Assembly: GCA_963675745.2 (NCBI GenBank)
Contig: CAXXWX010000010.1
Span: 1 to 64,000, forward strand
Direction of reading: 5' to 3'
Length of the DNA stretch: 64,000 nt
Source of the DNA: Phycisphaerae bacterium
GTDB taxonomy: Bacteria; Planctomycetota; Phycisphaerae; UBA1845; Fen-1342
The translations under genes and the position numbers were made by a program. Numbering within the stretch: the stretch's first letter is position 1; each line of letters begins with the position of its first letter. A model generated the notes under the pieces. The model was given only the letters and a program-made list of their open reading frames with translations. It made no database searches and was not told the DNA's origin. Shown here piece after piece: positions 50,684 through 60,328 of this stretch.

Positions 50684-51169
50684 TCAGTCGACGATCAGTC
50701 CGTTCACGCTCACGACAACGCCGAACCCGTCGCCGTCGCCGATGAACTGAAAGACGATCGTGTCGCCGCAATCGAACTCCTTGTCACGGCGGAGTATCTC
50801 CGTAACGCGCGCGTCGGCGAATGCGCCGAAGATGTCACGTTGCTCGGCGCCGTCGCTGAAAACCAGGCCGAGCTCATCGCAGTCGAACCGGAAGCTGATG
50901 TACTCACCAGCGGCGAGTCGGCCGGTGGCCAGCTCATCTCCGCCAAAAACGCCAGCCAGGAAGGCGTCAAAGCTGTTGTCGGATTCGTCATAGCGAATAT
51001 GCGGGTCAACCGTGAAGTTCGTGTCGTTATAGACTTCGACGACGATCCCGCCGGACGACCCCAGGTTACCCAGGGCGCCTATGACGGCGTCCTGCAATCC
51101 GCTCGGACATCCGCCGATAGAGAACAGAGCCAGAGCGATAACGGTGCAGCGTGTGTGAAACCGGTTCAT
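50684..51169 (-). CDS. Hypothetical lipoprotein
   Basis: Lipobox IGGC; Cys pair in FDCD and FDCG. Confidence 0.7.
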   Translation of the reverse strand: MNRFHTRCTVIALALFSIGGCPSGLQDAVIGALGNLGSSGGIVVEVYNDTNFTVDPHIRYDESDNSFDAFLAGVFGGDELATGRLAAGEYISFRFDCDELGLVFSDGAEQRDIFGAFADARVTEILRRDKEFDCGDTIVFQFIGDGDGFGVVVSVNGLIVD

Positions 51170-51345
51170 GGTTGAATGTCCTCGACGGCAATGGACCCTG
51201 ATCGGATTCGACGTCATACTGCCGCGGCCGAGCGTATCGGGCGACGATACCGGCTGATTCTTCCTTGTTCGCCGGCTGCGGCAGTCTAGCGTTGGTAGCG
51301 GCGTACCACAATGGTAGACCACGCCGCACACAGTGAGGTTTGCGG

Positions 51346-52680
51346 ATGGCCTTGATGATTTCGGTGAGCGGAGTGCGCGGGCTCGTGGGCGAGACGTTCA
51401 CACCCGGCGTAGTGCTCCAGTTTGCTCAAGCGTATGGCTCGCTTGTTGACGGCGGACGCATCGCGCTGGGCCGCGACTCGCGCCCGAGTGGGCCGATGTA
51501 TGCCGCCGCCGTGACCGCCGGACTCTTGTCGGCCGGTTGCTCGGTGACCGATTGCGGCGTTGTCATGACGCCCACTTTGGGGCGCGCGATTCGGGATGGG
51601 CAATTCGACGGCGGTCTGATGATCACCGCCAGCCACAATCCCGGCCAGTGGAACGGTCTGAAGTTTCTTGACTCCCTCGGGCTGGCGCCCGACCCGCAGC
51701 AGGTTGCGCGCATCAACGAGCTTCGCGACAGGGGGGGATCCCGCAGCATCAAGACCGGCTTTACGGTGCCCGACTCTGATGATGACGCCGGCGCACGCCA
51801 TGTGGCGGCCGTGCTCGAGGCCGTCGAGGTCGATCTCAGTTCGTTGAAGGGCACGCGTGTGGTGCTTGACAGCATCAACGGCGCCGGATGCCGGCACTCG
51901 CCAGAGATGCTGGCGCGCATGGGATGCGACGTAATTCATCTGAATGGACGACCGACGGGCGAGTTCGCCCACCCGCCGGAGCCCATACGCGAGAACCTCG
52001 CCGACACGTGCCGCGCCGTCCGAGAGGCGCAAGCGGCAATCGGGTTTGTCCAGGATCCTGACGCGGATCGGCTGGCGATCATCGATGAAACGGGGAACTT
52101 CATCGGCGAAGAATACACGCTGGCCCTCGCGCTGGAGTCGGTGCTGGCGCGCCGCACCGGGCCGGTGGCCGCGAACCTGAGTTCGTCGCGCATGATTGAT
52201 GACATAGCGGCCAGGTACGGCGCACCGGTCACGCGAACGCCGGTCGGCGAGAGCCATGTGGCGCGGGCGCTGCTGGCGGCCAAGGGCGTGCTCGGTGGCG
52301 AGGGCAACGGCGGCGTGATCGACCCGCGCATCTCGCCGGTGCGCGACAGTCTCTCGGCCATGAGCATGGTGCTGCAACTGATGGCGACCACGGGCAAGTC
52401 GATCACACAGCTTGTCGCCGACCTGCCGGTTTATGCCATCATCAAAGAGAAGGTCGAGTGCCCGCGCGAGCGGATCGTGGAAGCGGTCGACGCGGTGGGG
52501 CGGCGCTTCGCCGGCGAAAAGCTGAACCGCGTCGACGGTGTGCGCGTCGATTTCGCCGATGGCTGGGTGCATCTCCGCGCGTCAAACACCGAACCGATTG
52601 TGCGCATTATGGGGGAAGCCAAGGATGCGGCGGCCGCCGCCGCGCTGCTTGCGAGTGTGCGGGAGGCCGCGGGAATCTAG
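51346..52680 (+). CDS. Alpha-D-phosphohexomutase (phosphoglucosamine mutase/phosphomannomutase)
   Basis: SVSGVRG, ITASHNP, DPDADR, GGEGNGG and RASNTEP. Confidence 0.95.
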   Translation: MALMISVSGVRGLVGETFTPGVVLQFAQAYGSLVDGGRIALGRDSRPSGPMYAAAVTAGLLSAGCSVTDCGVVMTPTLGRAIRDGQFDGGLMITASHNPGQWNGLKFLDSLGLAPDPQQVARINELRDRGGSRSIKTGFTVPDSDDDAGARHVAAVLEAVEVDLSSLKGTRVVLDSINGAGCRHSPEMLARMGCDVIHLNGRPTGEFAHPPEPIRENLADTCRAVREAQAAIGFVQDPDADRLAIIDETGNFIGEEYTLALALESVLARRTGPVAANLSSSRMIDDIAARYGAPVTRTPVGESHVARALLAAKGVLGGEGNGGVIDPRISPVRDSLSAMSMVLQLMATTGKSITQLVADLPVYAIIKEKVECPRERIVEAVDAVGRRFAGEKLNRVDGVRVDFADGWVHLRASNTEPIVRIMGEAKDAAAAAALLASVREAAGI

Positions 52681-52826
52681 CGTCGTGGCTGGGCGGCGCG
52701 ACCCGGCCACCTGGTGGCGGAACACAAGGACGTGTGCGGAGAAAACGAACCGAAGCTCAGCGCCGAGCGGTCCGATGCCCGTCGGCGATGTCCATATCCA
52801 CAAATCACCTGACCAGGTGTGAAACC

Positions 52827-55385
52827 ATGCAGCAGAACATACGCACTTTTGTGGTAATCCCCTCGCTTCCTGAAGAGCTCGAGCCGCTGCGCCAACTGGC
52901 GTACAACATGTGGTGGACATGGTCCCCGGGCGCGATTGACCTGTTCCGCCGCCTGGATGTCGACCTGTGGGAGGAGGTCGGCCACAGTCCGGTGGCGCTG
53001 TTGTGGCGGATCGGGCAGAAGCGTCTGGAGGAGGCGGCGCGCGACAAGGCCTATACGGCGCAGCTCTGCCGCGTGGCTGACCAGTTTTATATCTACCGCC
53101 ACGGGCGCACCTGGTACGACGAGCACTATTCCGACCAGCAGCCGACGACGATCGCATACTTCTCCGCCGAGTTCGGCTTGCACGAGTGCCTGCCGATTTA
53201 CTCGGGCGGTTTGGGTGTGCTGGCCGGCGATCATCTCAAATCGGCATCCGACCTGGGGATCCCGCTGGTGGCTGTCGGCCTGATGTACCGTAGCGGGTAC
53301 TTCGAACAGCAGCTCACCGAGGACGGTTGGCAACTCGAGGTCTTTGCCGACCATGACTTTCACCAGTGGCCGGCCACCCCGGTCCTGAACGACGATGGTC
53401 GCCCGTTGGGAATCGAAGTTCGGATCGGCCAACAGGTGCTGAAGGCTCACATCTGGCTGGTACACGTGGGGCGCGTGTCGCTCTATCTGCTCGACGCGGA
53501 TATCCCCGGTAACCCGCCCGAGCTGCGCACCATTACTTCACGGCTGTACGGCGGAGATACCGAGCTGCGTATCCGGCAGGAAGTCCTGCTGGGTATCGGC
53601 GGCCTGCGCGCTTTACGCGCCCTGGGGATCAAGCCGTCCGTCTGCCACATGAATGAGGGACACGCCGCGTTTCTGGCCCTGGAGCGCATCCGCGAGGTGA
53701 TGAAAGACGAGCACCTCAGCTACGATGAGGCGCGTGAGGCGGTTACCGGCGGGAATGTCTTCACCACGCACACGCCCGTGCCGGCGGGTATCGACCGCTT
53801 CGAGTCATCGCTCGTTGAGCGTCACTTGGGCTGGATGGCCAAAGAGCTGGGGATTTCCAACCAGGACCTGCTGCGCCTCGGGCGCGAGGCGCACGATCAG
53901 GAGCACGGTGCCTTCTGCATGCCACTGCTCGCGCTGCGCACCGCCTACCGCAGCAACGGCGTCAGCGCGCTGCACGGTGAGGTCGCCCGCAGCATGTGGC
54001 GCAGTTGCTGGCCGGGCATTCCCGCCGAAGAAGTTCCCATCAAGCACGTCACAAACGGCATTCACCTTCAGTTCTGGACAAGCCCGCAGATGGCGGAGTT
54101 GCTCGACCAGTACCTGGGACCGACCTGGTCCGATGAGCCTGATGATCCGGCCAACTGGAAGCGTGTCGACGACATCCCGGACACGGAGTTGTGGCGAGTG
54201 CACGAGCGTCGCCGCGAGCGCATGATTGCCGAGGTTCGCATGCGGTTGCGCAACCAACTGAAACGGCGTGGCGCGCCGCCGGCCGAGACGCGCGCCGCCG
54301 AGGAAGTCCTCGACCCCGAGGCGCTGACGATCGGCTTCGGGCGCCGCTTTGCTCCTTACAAACGGGCGACTTTGTTGTTTCGGGATCTGGATCGGTTGCG
54401 GGCCCTGGTTGCCAGCAACGAACGCCCCGTGCAGTTCATCTTTGCCGGCAAGGCCCATCCGGCGGACGGGGGTGGCAAGGAACTGATCAAGGAAGTGGCC
54501 GGTGTGTGCAAGCGGCCGGAGTTCCGGCGCAAGATCGTTTTCCTTGAGAATTACGATATGGCTCTGGCCCGCAAGCTCGTGCGGGGTGTCGACGTGTGGC
54601 TGAACAACCCGTTGCGGCTGCACGAGGCCAGCGGCACCAGCGGGATGAAGGTGATCGCCAACGGCGGACTGCACCTTTCGTGCCTTGACGGTTGGTGGCC
54701 GGAGGCCTTTGACGGCGACAACGGCTGGGCCATTGGCGGCGGACGCCTGTTCGACGATCTGACCTACCAGGACCACGTCGAGAGCGAGTCGCTGTATAAC
54801 CTGCTCGAACGCGAAATCGTCCCGCTGTTTTATGACCGGTCCGCCGACAATGTTCCCCGTCGATGGGTCGGGCGTATGAAGGCCTCGTTGCGCACGCTGT
54901 GTCCGACTTTCAACACGCACCGCATGCTGAAAGACTACAACCATGATTACTATCAGCCGGCGATCGCGCGACACGCCGCCTTGACGGCTGATGGCTTCGC
55001 GCTCACCCGCCGCCTGACCGCCTGGAAACAGCAGTTGCGCGGGCGCTGGCATGATGTGCGAATTGTCGAAGTCTGGTCGGAGCCGGCGGATGTGCTCAAG
55101 GTCGGCGATGAATTGCCGCTGCGCGCCAAAGTGCAGCTCGGCGAAATCTCCCCCGACAACGTCATGGTCGAGGTCTACTACGGACCGGTCAGCATCGATG
55201 GGGAGATCGTGGACGGCAGCAAGGTCCCGCTGGTGCACACCGAGGCGACGGAGTCCGGCGAGCACGTCTTTACCGGGGCCGTGCCGTGCATAAGCAGCGG
55301 GCGTTTCGGGTACGCCGTCCGCGTCGTGCCGGAGCATGAGGATCTGGACGACCGCTATGTCCAGGGCCTGGTGGCCTGGGGCTAG
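52827..55385 (+). CDS. glgP: Alpha-glucan (glycogen) phosphorylase
   Basis: YSGGLGVLAGD, NEGHAAF, RRFAPYKR, FAGKAHP and EASGTSGMK. Confidence 0.97.
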   Translation: MQQNIRTFVVIPSLPEELEPLRQLAYNMWWTWSPGAIDLFRRLDVDLWEEVGHSPVALLWRIGQKRLEEAARDKAYTAQLCRVADQFYIYRHGRTWYDEHYSDQQPTTIAYFSAEFGLHECLPIYSGGLGVLAGDHLKSASDLGIPLVAVGLMYRSGYFEQQLTEDGWQLEVFADHDFHQWPATPVLNDDGRPLGIEVRIGQQVLKAHIWLVHVGRVSLYLLDADIPGNPPELRTITSRLYGGDTELRIRQEVLLGIGGLRALRALGIKPSVCHMNEGHAAFLALERIREVMKDEHLSYDEAREAVTGGNVFTTHTPVPAGIDRFESSLVERHLGWMAKELGISNQDLLRLGREAHDQEHGAFCMPLLALRTAYRSNGVSALHGEVARSMWRSCWPGIPAEEVPIKHVTNGIHLQFWTSPQMAELLDQYLGPTWSDEPDDPANWKRVDDIPDTELWRVHERRRERMIAEVRMRLRNQLKRRGAPPAETRAAEEVLDPEALTIGFGRRFAPYKRATLLFRDLDRLRALVASNERPVQFIFAGKAHPADGGGKELIKEVAGVCKRPEFRRKIVFLENYDMALARKLVRGVDVWLNNPLRLHEASGTSGMKVIANGGLHLSCLDGWWPEAFDGDNGWAIGGGRLFDDLTYQDHVESESLYNLLEREIVPLFYDRSADNVPRRWVGRMKASLRTLCPTFNTHRMLKDYNHDYYQPAIARHAALTADGFALTRRLTAWKQQLRGRWHDVRIVEVWSEPADVLKVGDELPLRAKVQLGEISPDNVMVEVYYGPVSIDGEIVDGSKVPLVHTEATESGEHVFTGAVPCISSGRFGYAVRVVPEHEDLDDRYVQGLVAWG

Positions 55386-55542
55386 CGTCGTTAGCGGTTC
55401 CAGCGCGCACCCGCACAGCTCTGTGGCGACCTGTGCCTTGTAGGCCGTCAGTGCACGATGGTGTCAGCGCGGTCTCTGGTGACGCATTGGCCTCCACGCA
55501 CAGGCTGGTTGCTCGGCGCTGCCAAGTCGCTACGATGCGCGC

Positions 55543-55908
55543 ATGACGGATGCCGAGACGACAGTAGCGCAATTGCGGCAGTTGCTGGCCGAGTTTGTCG
55601 CCGCGCGCGAGTGGCATATCTACCACGATGCCAAGAATCTATCCGCTTCGATCGCGATTGAGGCGGCGGAACTGATGGAGCATTTCCAGTGGGTGCGTAA
55701 CGAGGAAGTTGACGCCCTGCTATCGGACGCCGGCCGGCGCGCGGAAATCCAGGACGAGCTGGCTGATGTGATGTGCTACGTGTTGGCGCTGGCGAATGCG
55801 GTGAACATCGACATATCGGCGGCCGTTGCGTCCAAAATGGCCAAGAACGCGGCGAAATACCCAGTCGCCGAGTTCCGGGGGCGCTATTTCAAGCCCAATT
55901 CCATGTGA
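55543..55908 (+). CDS. MazG-like nucleotide pyrophosphohydrolase (dCTP pyrophosphatase-like)
   Basis: REWHIYHDAKNL...IEAAELMEHFQW...DELADV...KYP. Confidence 0.92.
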   Translation: MTDAETTVAQLRQLLAEFVAAREWHIYHDAKNLSASIAIEAAELMEHFQWVRNEEVDALLSDAGRRAEIQDELADVMCYVLALANAVNIDISAAVASKMAKNAAKYPVAEFRGRYFKPNSM

Positions 55909-56059
55909 ACGGCCCGGAAGCGTGGCCGCCGCGGCGCCGGAGGCGGTTCCGCCGCGGCGTCTGACGCCGTTTTGTTGGGCCGTGATTGGCGTTGATGCGC
56001 TGGTGTTGGGTGGCCGGCCGTGTTAGAATCTAGGTGTAGTGTATCGTGTGAGGTTATGC

Positions 56060-56074
56060 TGGCACCGGGAGTGC
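56060..56074 (+). promoter_or_regulatory. Candidate sigma-54 promoter
   Basis: TGGCAC-CGGGA-GTGC (GG-N10-GC), ~215 bp upstream of ORF 56291. Confidence 0.35.
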
Positions 56075-56290
56075 CGTCGTGATCGTACAGGTCTCAACTG
56101 CGCAAGCTGCAAATCTTTGCGAATACTTGGTGAGAATCGGATTGAGCATTTGCAGCAGTTTGGTACGCTTCGGCTGTGTGGATGATCCGCGGGGAGGATT
56201 CGGCAGCGCCGGCTTGGGCTGCGCTGCGGTCCGAACGGAATAACCGGCGGCAAACGAACCGGCGTTCGACTGTCGCGAAGAGAGAGTTCA

Positions 56291-56632
56291 TTGGGAAGCC
56301 AAGGCAAGAAGACTGTCATAGCAGGTGTGCTGATCGTGGTGGCCGTGGGAGCGTATTTCCTGGTTGGTCGCAAGGACAAGGTTCTCACGTCGAGTGTGAA
56401 TTTTGTGTGCGTGGCGACGGGAAAGACGTTTGACATTGATCGGAACAAGGTCAATTACCTGCCCTGGAAGAACCCTTCCACCGGCGAGAAGACCCTGCTG
56501 CCGTGTGTCAAACGTGACGGCAAGCTCTTTGTCACCGAGCACACCGGGCGCCTATTGTCGGAAGATGAGTATCTTCGAAAGGTGAACAAACATGTCGATC
56601 CGCGAACGCTCGAAGTTCGGCCGCAGCCGTAG
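56291..56632 (+). CDS. Small membrane-anchored hypothetical protein
   Basis: N-terminal TM; FVCVATGKTF...NPSTGEKTLLPC; overlaps the prepilin gene. Confidence 0.7.
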   Translation: MGSQGKKTVIAGVLIVVAVGAYFLVGRKDKVLTSSVNFVCVATGKTFDIDRNKVNYLPWKNPSTGEKTLLPCVKRDGKLFVTEHTGRLLSEDEYLRKVNKHVDPRTLEVRPQP

Positions 56633-57722
56633 TTGCTCGGCCACGCACACACCTGGTTGGCGCGAGGCCTTTACGCTGATTGAGTTGCTGGTCGTGGTGG
56701 CGATTCTGGCGCTACTCATGTCCATTCTGCTGCCAAGTCTCAGATGTGCCCGCGAATCGGCGCGCAAGGTGGTGTGCGGGACGACGCTGAACGGTTTTGG
56801 CAAGTCGCTGGCCCTTTACATTAACGACAACGACGACTGGTTCCCCGGCATCAACACCACGGGGGCGGCGCTGATGGTGAAGCAGTTCAGCGGCAACGCT
56901 GATCCGGACAAGATCCGCGATCCCAACCTGCCGGTTCAGACTTTCGACTGGATCACCCCGCTCGTGCGCTACAGCGAGGGCGGCCTGCCCGCGAATCGGG
57001 GCGAGCGATGGGAGCATATCTGGCAGAAACGCTATGCCTGCCCCTCGCGCGGAGCCCTGAAGTCGGTCATCTACGACATCAACGGCCTGCCGGACGAGGA
57101 GGACTTCGAGGACATCGAGTGGAAAGCGTGCAGTTACCTGATGCCCGCCTATTTCTCATACTGGGGCGACCAGGTCACGCGCCAGACACCGCGCATGGAG
57201 ATGATGAACAGCGCGATCCCGATCTTCACACCGCAGGATAACTGGAATGTCCGCAGCGTTAGCTTTTTCAGCCGCATGGATCGCGTCGGTGGCGCCGGGC
57301 TGAAGGTCTTCGCCGCCGACGGGACGCGCTACCTGCCGGCCAACGACGAGCCGCTCGACCACCAGGCTACTCCCTGGGCGTTTACATTCGGCGCATTCAC
57401 CAGCGGCGGGGCTTGGTGGGCCGGATCGACGGCGTATGGCGTCGGGGCCGGCTCGCAGAACTGGGATGGCACCACGATGAATGAGGGCAGCCCGGCCGAC
57501 GGTGCCAACTTGGCGATGTCATATCGGCACGGTTGCGGCGAGTCCGGTACTTCCGCCCGCAGCAACGGCGGCAAGATCAACGCCCTGTTCTTCGATGGCC
57601 ATGTGAGCGCCATGGGCGATCGCGAGTCGCGATCAATAACCCTCTGGTATCCCACCGGGTCGATTGTACGCAGCAACACTAACGGCCTGACCGATGTCGA
57701 GAACGGCTTCGTGATTCCGTAG
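56592..57722 (+). CDS. Prepilin-type N-terminal cleavage/methylation protein, DUF1559/H-X9-DG family
   Basis: REA-FTLIELLVVVAILALLMSILLPSL..ARESAR...C; YACPS; YRH...INALFFDGHV. Confidence 0.93.
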   Translation: MSIRERSKFGRSRSCSATHTPGWREAFTLIELLVVVAILALLMSILLPSLRCARESARKVVCGTTLNGFGKSLALYINDNDDWFPGINTTGAALMVKQFSGNADPDKIRDPNLPVQTFDWITPLVRYSEGGLPANRGERWEHIWQKRYACPSRGALKSVIYDINGLPDEEDFEDIEWKACSYLMPAYFSYWGDQVTRQTPRMEMMNSAIPIFTPQDNWNVRSVSFFSRMDRVGGAGLKVFAADGTRYLPANDEPLDHQATPWAFTFGAFTSGGAWWAGSTAYGVGAGSQNWDGTTMNEGSPADGANLAMSYRHGCGESGTSARSNGGKINALFFDGHVSAMGDRESRSITLWYPTGSIVRSNTNGLTDVENGFVIP

Positions 57723-58066
57723 CACGGATGCGGCGGTCTGGGCGGGCCGCGAGGTAAGGGGAATATCAACTCGGTGCCTGGCTGAGCATCAGCCAGGTGC
57801 CAGCGTCAGGTGGAAGGAAGCCGCTGGCACGCAACTATTCGCGGTCTCGAGTAATGTCGGGGCCGAACAGGATGAGCACCAACCACCACCGCGTCGGGCA
57901 CGCGGATGAACTGGTCGGGTTTTAACGTCGCGATGGCTGACGGCGCGGCGTAGAGCAGGTAAATGCCTCGGCTAGCGAGAGCCACCGGCTCATAGACAAT
58001 TCGTGAGGGTTTGGCACCGGTAACGTCCTGGAACGTTGGAGCGGAAAGAGAAAAGGAGATTGAGTT

Positions 58067-60088
58067 ATGAAGCGAGTCCTAGGTCTAACGGTAATCGTCC
58101 TATTGGCGATGCCAGCGATAGCACAGGATAGTGTCGGCACGGGGGGTCTCCCGGGCGATGCACTGTCCCCGTACAGCACAGCTAATCAGTGTTTCGAGTA
58201 CGACATCACCATGACGCCTTTCCAGGCCTCGTGGGGCACCGAGTTTGCCATTTGCCCGCTGATCAAGGCCAGCAAAGGGGATCCCAACTACTTCAACAAC
58301 TTCCTGTCCGCCCAGTCACTAAGTCGGCTGCAGTTCTTCGGCGACGGATCTAACCAGTTTGCGGCGACGGCGGCGGAGTTCGGCGGTAATTACAACGGCG
58401 TCCTCGGCGGCATCGTTACGTACGATCTCTCTAATCCGCTCGCCCTGCACGTCAAACGCGTGGTGGCGGCCAGCAACGGCACAAACAACACCGAGAATTT
58501 CGCCGACCTCGGTATTGGGACGGTGGACGAGTACGGCAACGTGTGCTTCCGCTCAGATACGGGTCAGTACACCCCTAACAACATTTTCCTCGTCGACATG
58601 GCCGCGCGCAACTGCGGAGTACTGAACGTCATCGGCGGCACGTTGGACGCGCCCGCGACCAACCAGATTGTCACCAACCATGCCAGTGTCCACACCACGC
58701 CAAACATCGGGCCGGCCGGGCTGTTCGGTAGTGCTCACTACCTCGGCGCCAATTTCGATGGCAACTACGGCTACGGCATCACGAATCCGCCGACCTACAC
58801 GAGTGCCCACCTGGATCCGAACGTAACGTCCACACGTGGCAACATGGCGTACATGACGCAGAGCCATCCCTGCCTCGGCGGAACCCATGGAACCGGCGCT
58901 CTGTTGGCCTATGTCGAGACGAGCGCCGCCTGCGACACGTTCAACCTCTGGGGCATCAACGCCGGCGGTGCCGTCGCCCTCACCCCCGGCCCGAAGGCCC
59001 TGACGCTACCGGCGACGATCACCGACTATGCCGACAGCGTCACCAAGACCGTCGGCGGGGCGGGGTTTGACCACTACCACAGCCAGGTGGCTTTCCGCGG
59101 TGGTAATGCCCAGATCGGGATGAACGTGGATCAGCAGGGTCGCCTGCTGGCGGCCGCGGTTGTGTATGAGCCGTCTGTATTCAACAACAATCCGGTCAAC
59201 TACATCGCCGCCGCGCGTATGGATGCCTTCGACTGCGTCCCCGAGTGGTCGATCGTGGCCTACAGCCGGGCCGACTACTCCGTCCCGGCTCCGGGTAAGG
59301 CGATTCTCGATGGCCCCGGCGGCAACCAGATCGGCTTCCTGACCACGATGGACAACGTCACGGGCGGCACGCCGTTCGGTCCCTCGATAAGCGCTCCGAT
59401 GATCGACTCGGTTGGTAATGTCTGGTTCATCTCCGCAGTCGGCCTCGACAAGCTCGATCCCAATGAGGTGCCGTTCATCGACTATGATTCGGCCCTGATC
59501 CGCGCCGTGTACGATCCGGACGCTGACGGCCTGGGCAACCCCGGCTGGGAGCTCGAGCTCGTCCTCGAACTGGGCGACGTCTTCGAGGGCCTGAATTCCG
59601 GCAAGTACTGGCAGATCCAGTTCATGGGTATTGCCGACAGTGACTCGGTCGATTCGGGTGGCGCGTGGTCCAGTAACATCGCCGAAAAGGCGTTCCTCGG
59701 CGTAGACCCCGTCGGCCTCGAGCCGGCCGATGCGCTCTCGCTCGGCGGATTGGTGGTCAACATCGACATCGTCTACGACGTCGATGAAGACTTCGACTTC
59801 GATGATCCGACGTCCTCGGGTGGTGATCCCAACAGCCTGGACGAGTCCTATCGGGTGCTCGCCTATGTCAGCGCCGCTGTGCCCCCGCAGGTGTGGGATC
59901 CCGGCGACATGAACTGCGACGGCGTCGTCAATAACGGCGACATCGATCCGTTTGTGCTCGCGCTGAACTCGCAGCCCGACTACGAGCTGGCATACCCGGA
60001 TTGCGACTTCAATAACGGCGACATCAACGGCGACGGCTTCGTGAACAACGGTGACATCGACCCGTTTGTCACTTTGCTGAGCAGTTAG
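58067..60088 (+). CDS. Secreted protein of unknown function with C-terminal dockerin-like domain
   Basis: RBS AAGGAG, signal peptide ending AIA-QD; GDMNCDGVVNNGDIDPFV...GDINGDGFVNNGDIDPFV. Confidence 0.85.
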   Translation: MKRVLGLTVIVLLAMPAIAQDSVGTGGLPGDALSPYSTANQCFEYDITMTPFQASWGTEFAICPLIKASKGDPNYFNNFLSAQSLSRLQFFGDGSNQFAATAAEFGGNYNGVLGGIVTYDLSNPLALHVKRVVAASNGTNNTENFADLGIGTVDEYGNVCFRSDTGQYTPNNIFLVDMAARNCGVLNVIGGTLDAPATNQIVTNHASVHTTPNIGPAGLFGSAHYLGANFDGNYGYGITNPPTYTSAHLDPNVTSTRGNMAYMTQSHPCLGGTHGTGALLAYVETSAACDTFNLWGINAGGAVALTPGPKALTLPATITDYADSVTKTVGGAGFDHYHSQVAFRGGNAQIGMNVDQQGRLLAAAVVYEPSVFNNNPVNYIAAARMDAFDCVPEWSIVAYSRADYSVPAPGKAILDGPGGNQIGFLTTMDNVTGGTPFGPSISAPMIDSVGNVWFISAVGLDKLDPNEVPFIDYDSALIRAVYDPDADGLGNPGWELELVLELGDVFEGLNSGKYWQIQFMGIADSDSVDSGGAWSSNIAEKAFLGVDPVGLEPADALSLGGLVVNIDIVYDVDEDFDFDDPTSSGGDPNSLDESYRVLAYVSAAVPPQVWDPGDMNCDGVVNNGDIDPFVLALNSQPDYELAYPDCDFNNGDINGDGFVNNGDIDPFVTLLSS

Positions 60089-60137
60089 TCCGCACATTGG
60101 TAACACCGCCGCGGATCGCCGCGGCCAGATGACAACA

Positions 60138-60183
60138 GGCGCCGGTCGGCATGTATTTGCCGGCCGGCGTCATATTTTGCTTT
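60138..60183 (+). terminator. Probable intrinsic terminator
   Basis: GGCGCCGGTCGGCA-TGTATT-TGCCGGCCGGCGTC followed by ATATTTTGCTTT. Confidence 0.55.
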
Positions 60184-60328
60184 CCTGCGTGGCGTGCTTT
60201 GGCAATAATTAGGGTACGTTGGCGAGGCCGCGTCTCTGCATGCCGCGGCGCCCGGCGACTACAATCAGGTTATCGAGAATGCCGGGCTTGATTCAGCCAT
60301 GGCAACGTGTTTGGGAGAGACAAAGGAA

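Noticed and set aside
52458..52826. Long N-terminal extensions in the ORF track (glgP, iscX, trpD, thi4, dut)
   Set aside because: They overlap neighbouring genes or promoters; downstream starts with an RBS match the family N-termini.
56240..56285. GGCAAAC...hairpin resembling a c-di-GMP-I riboswitch
   Set aside because: It lacks the GNRA tetraloop and the downstream GACGCAAAG/receptor stem.
57803..57826. GTCAGGTGGAAGGAAGCCGC resembles the SRP RNA domain IV motif
   Set aside because: It lacks the CC needed to close the GGAA tetraloop stem and the long flanking helix, so it is likely coincidental; an Rfam scan would settle it.
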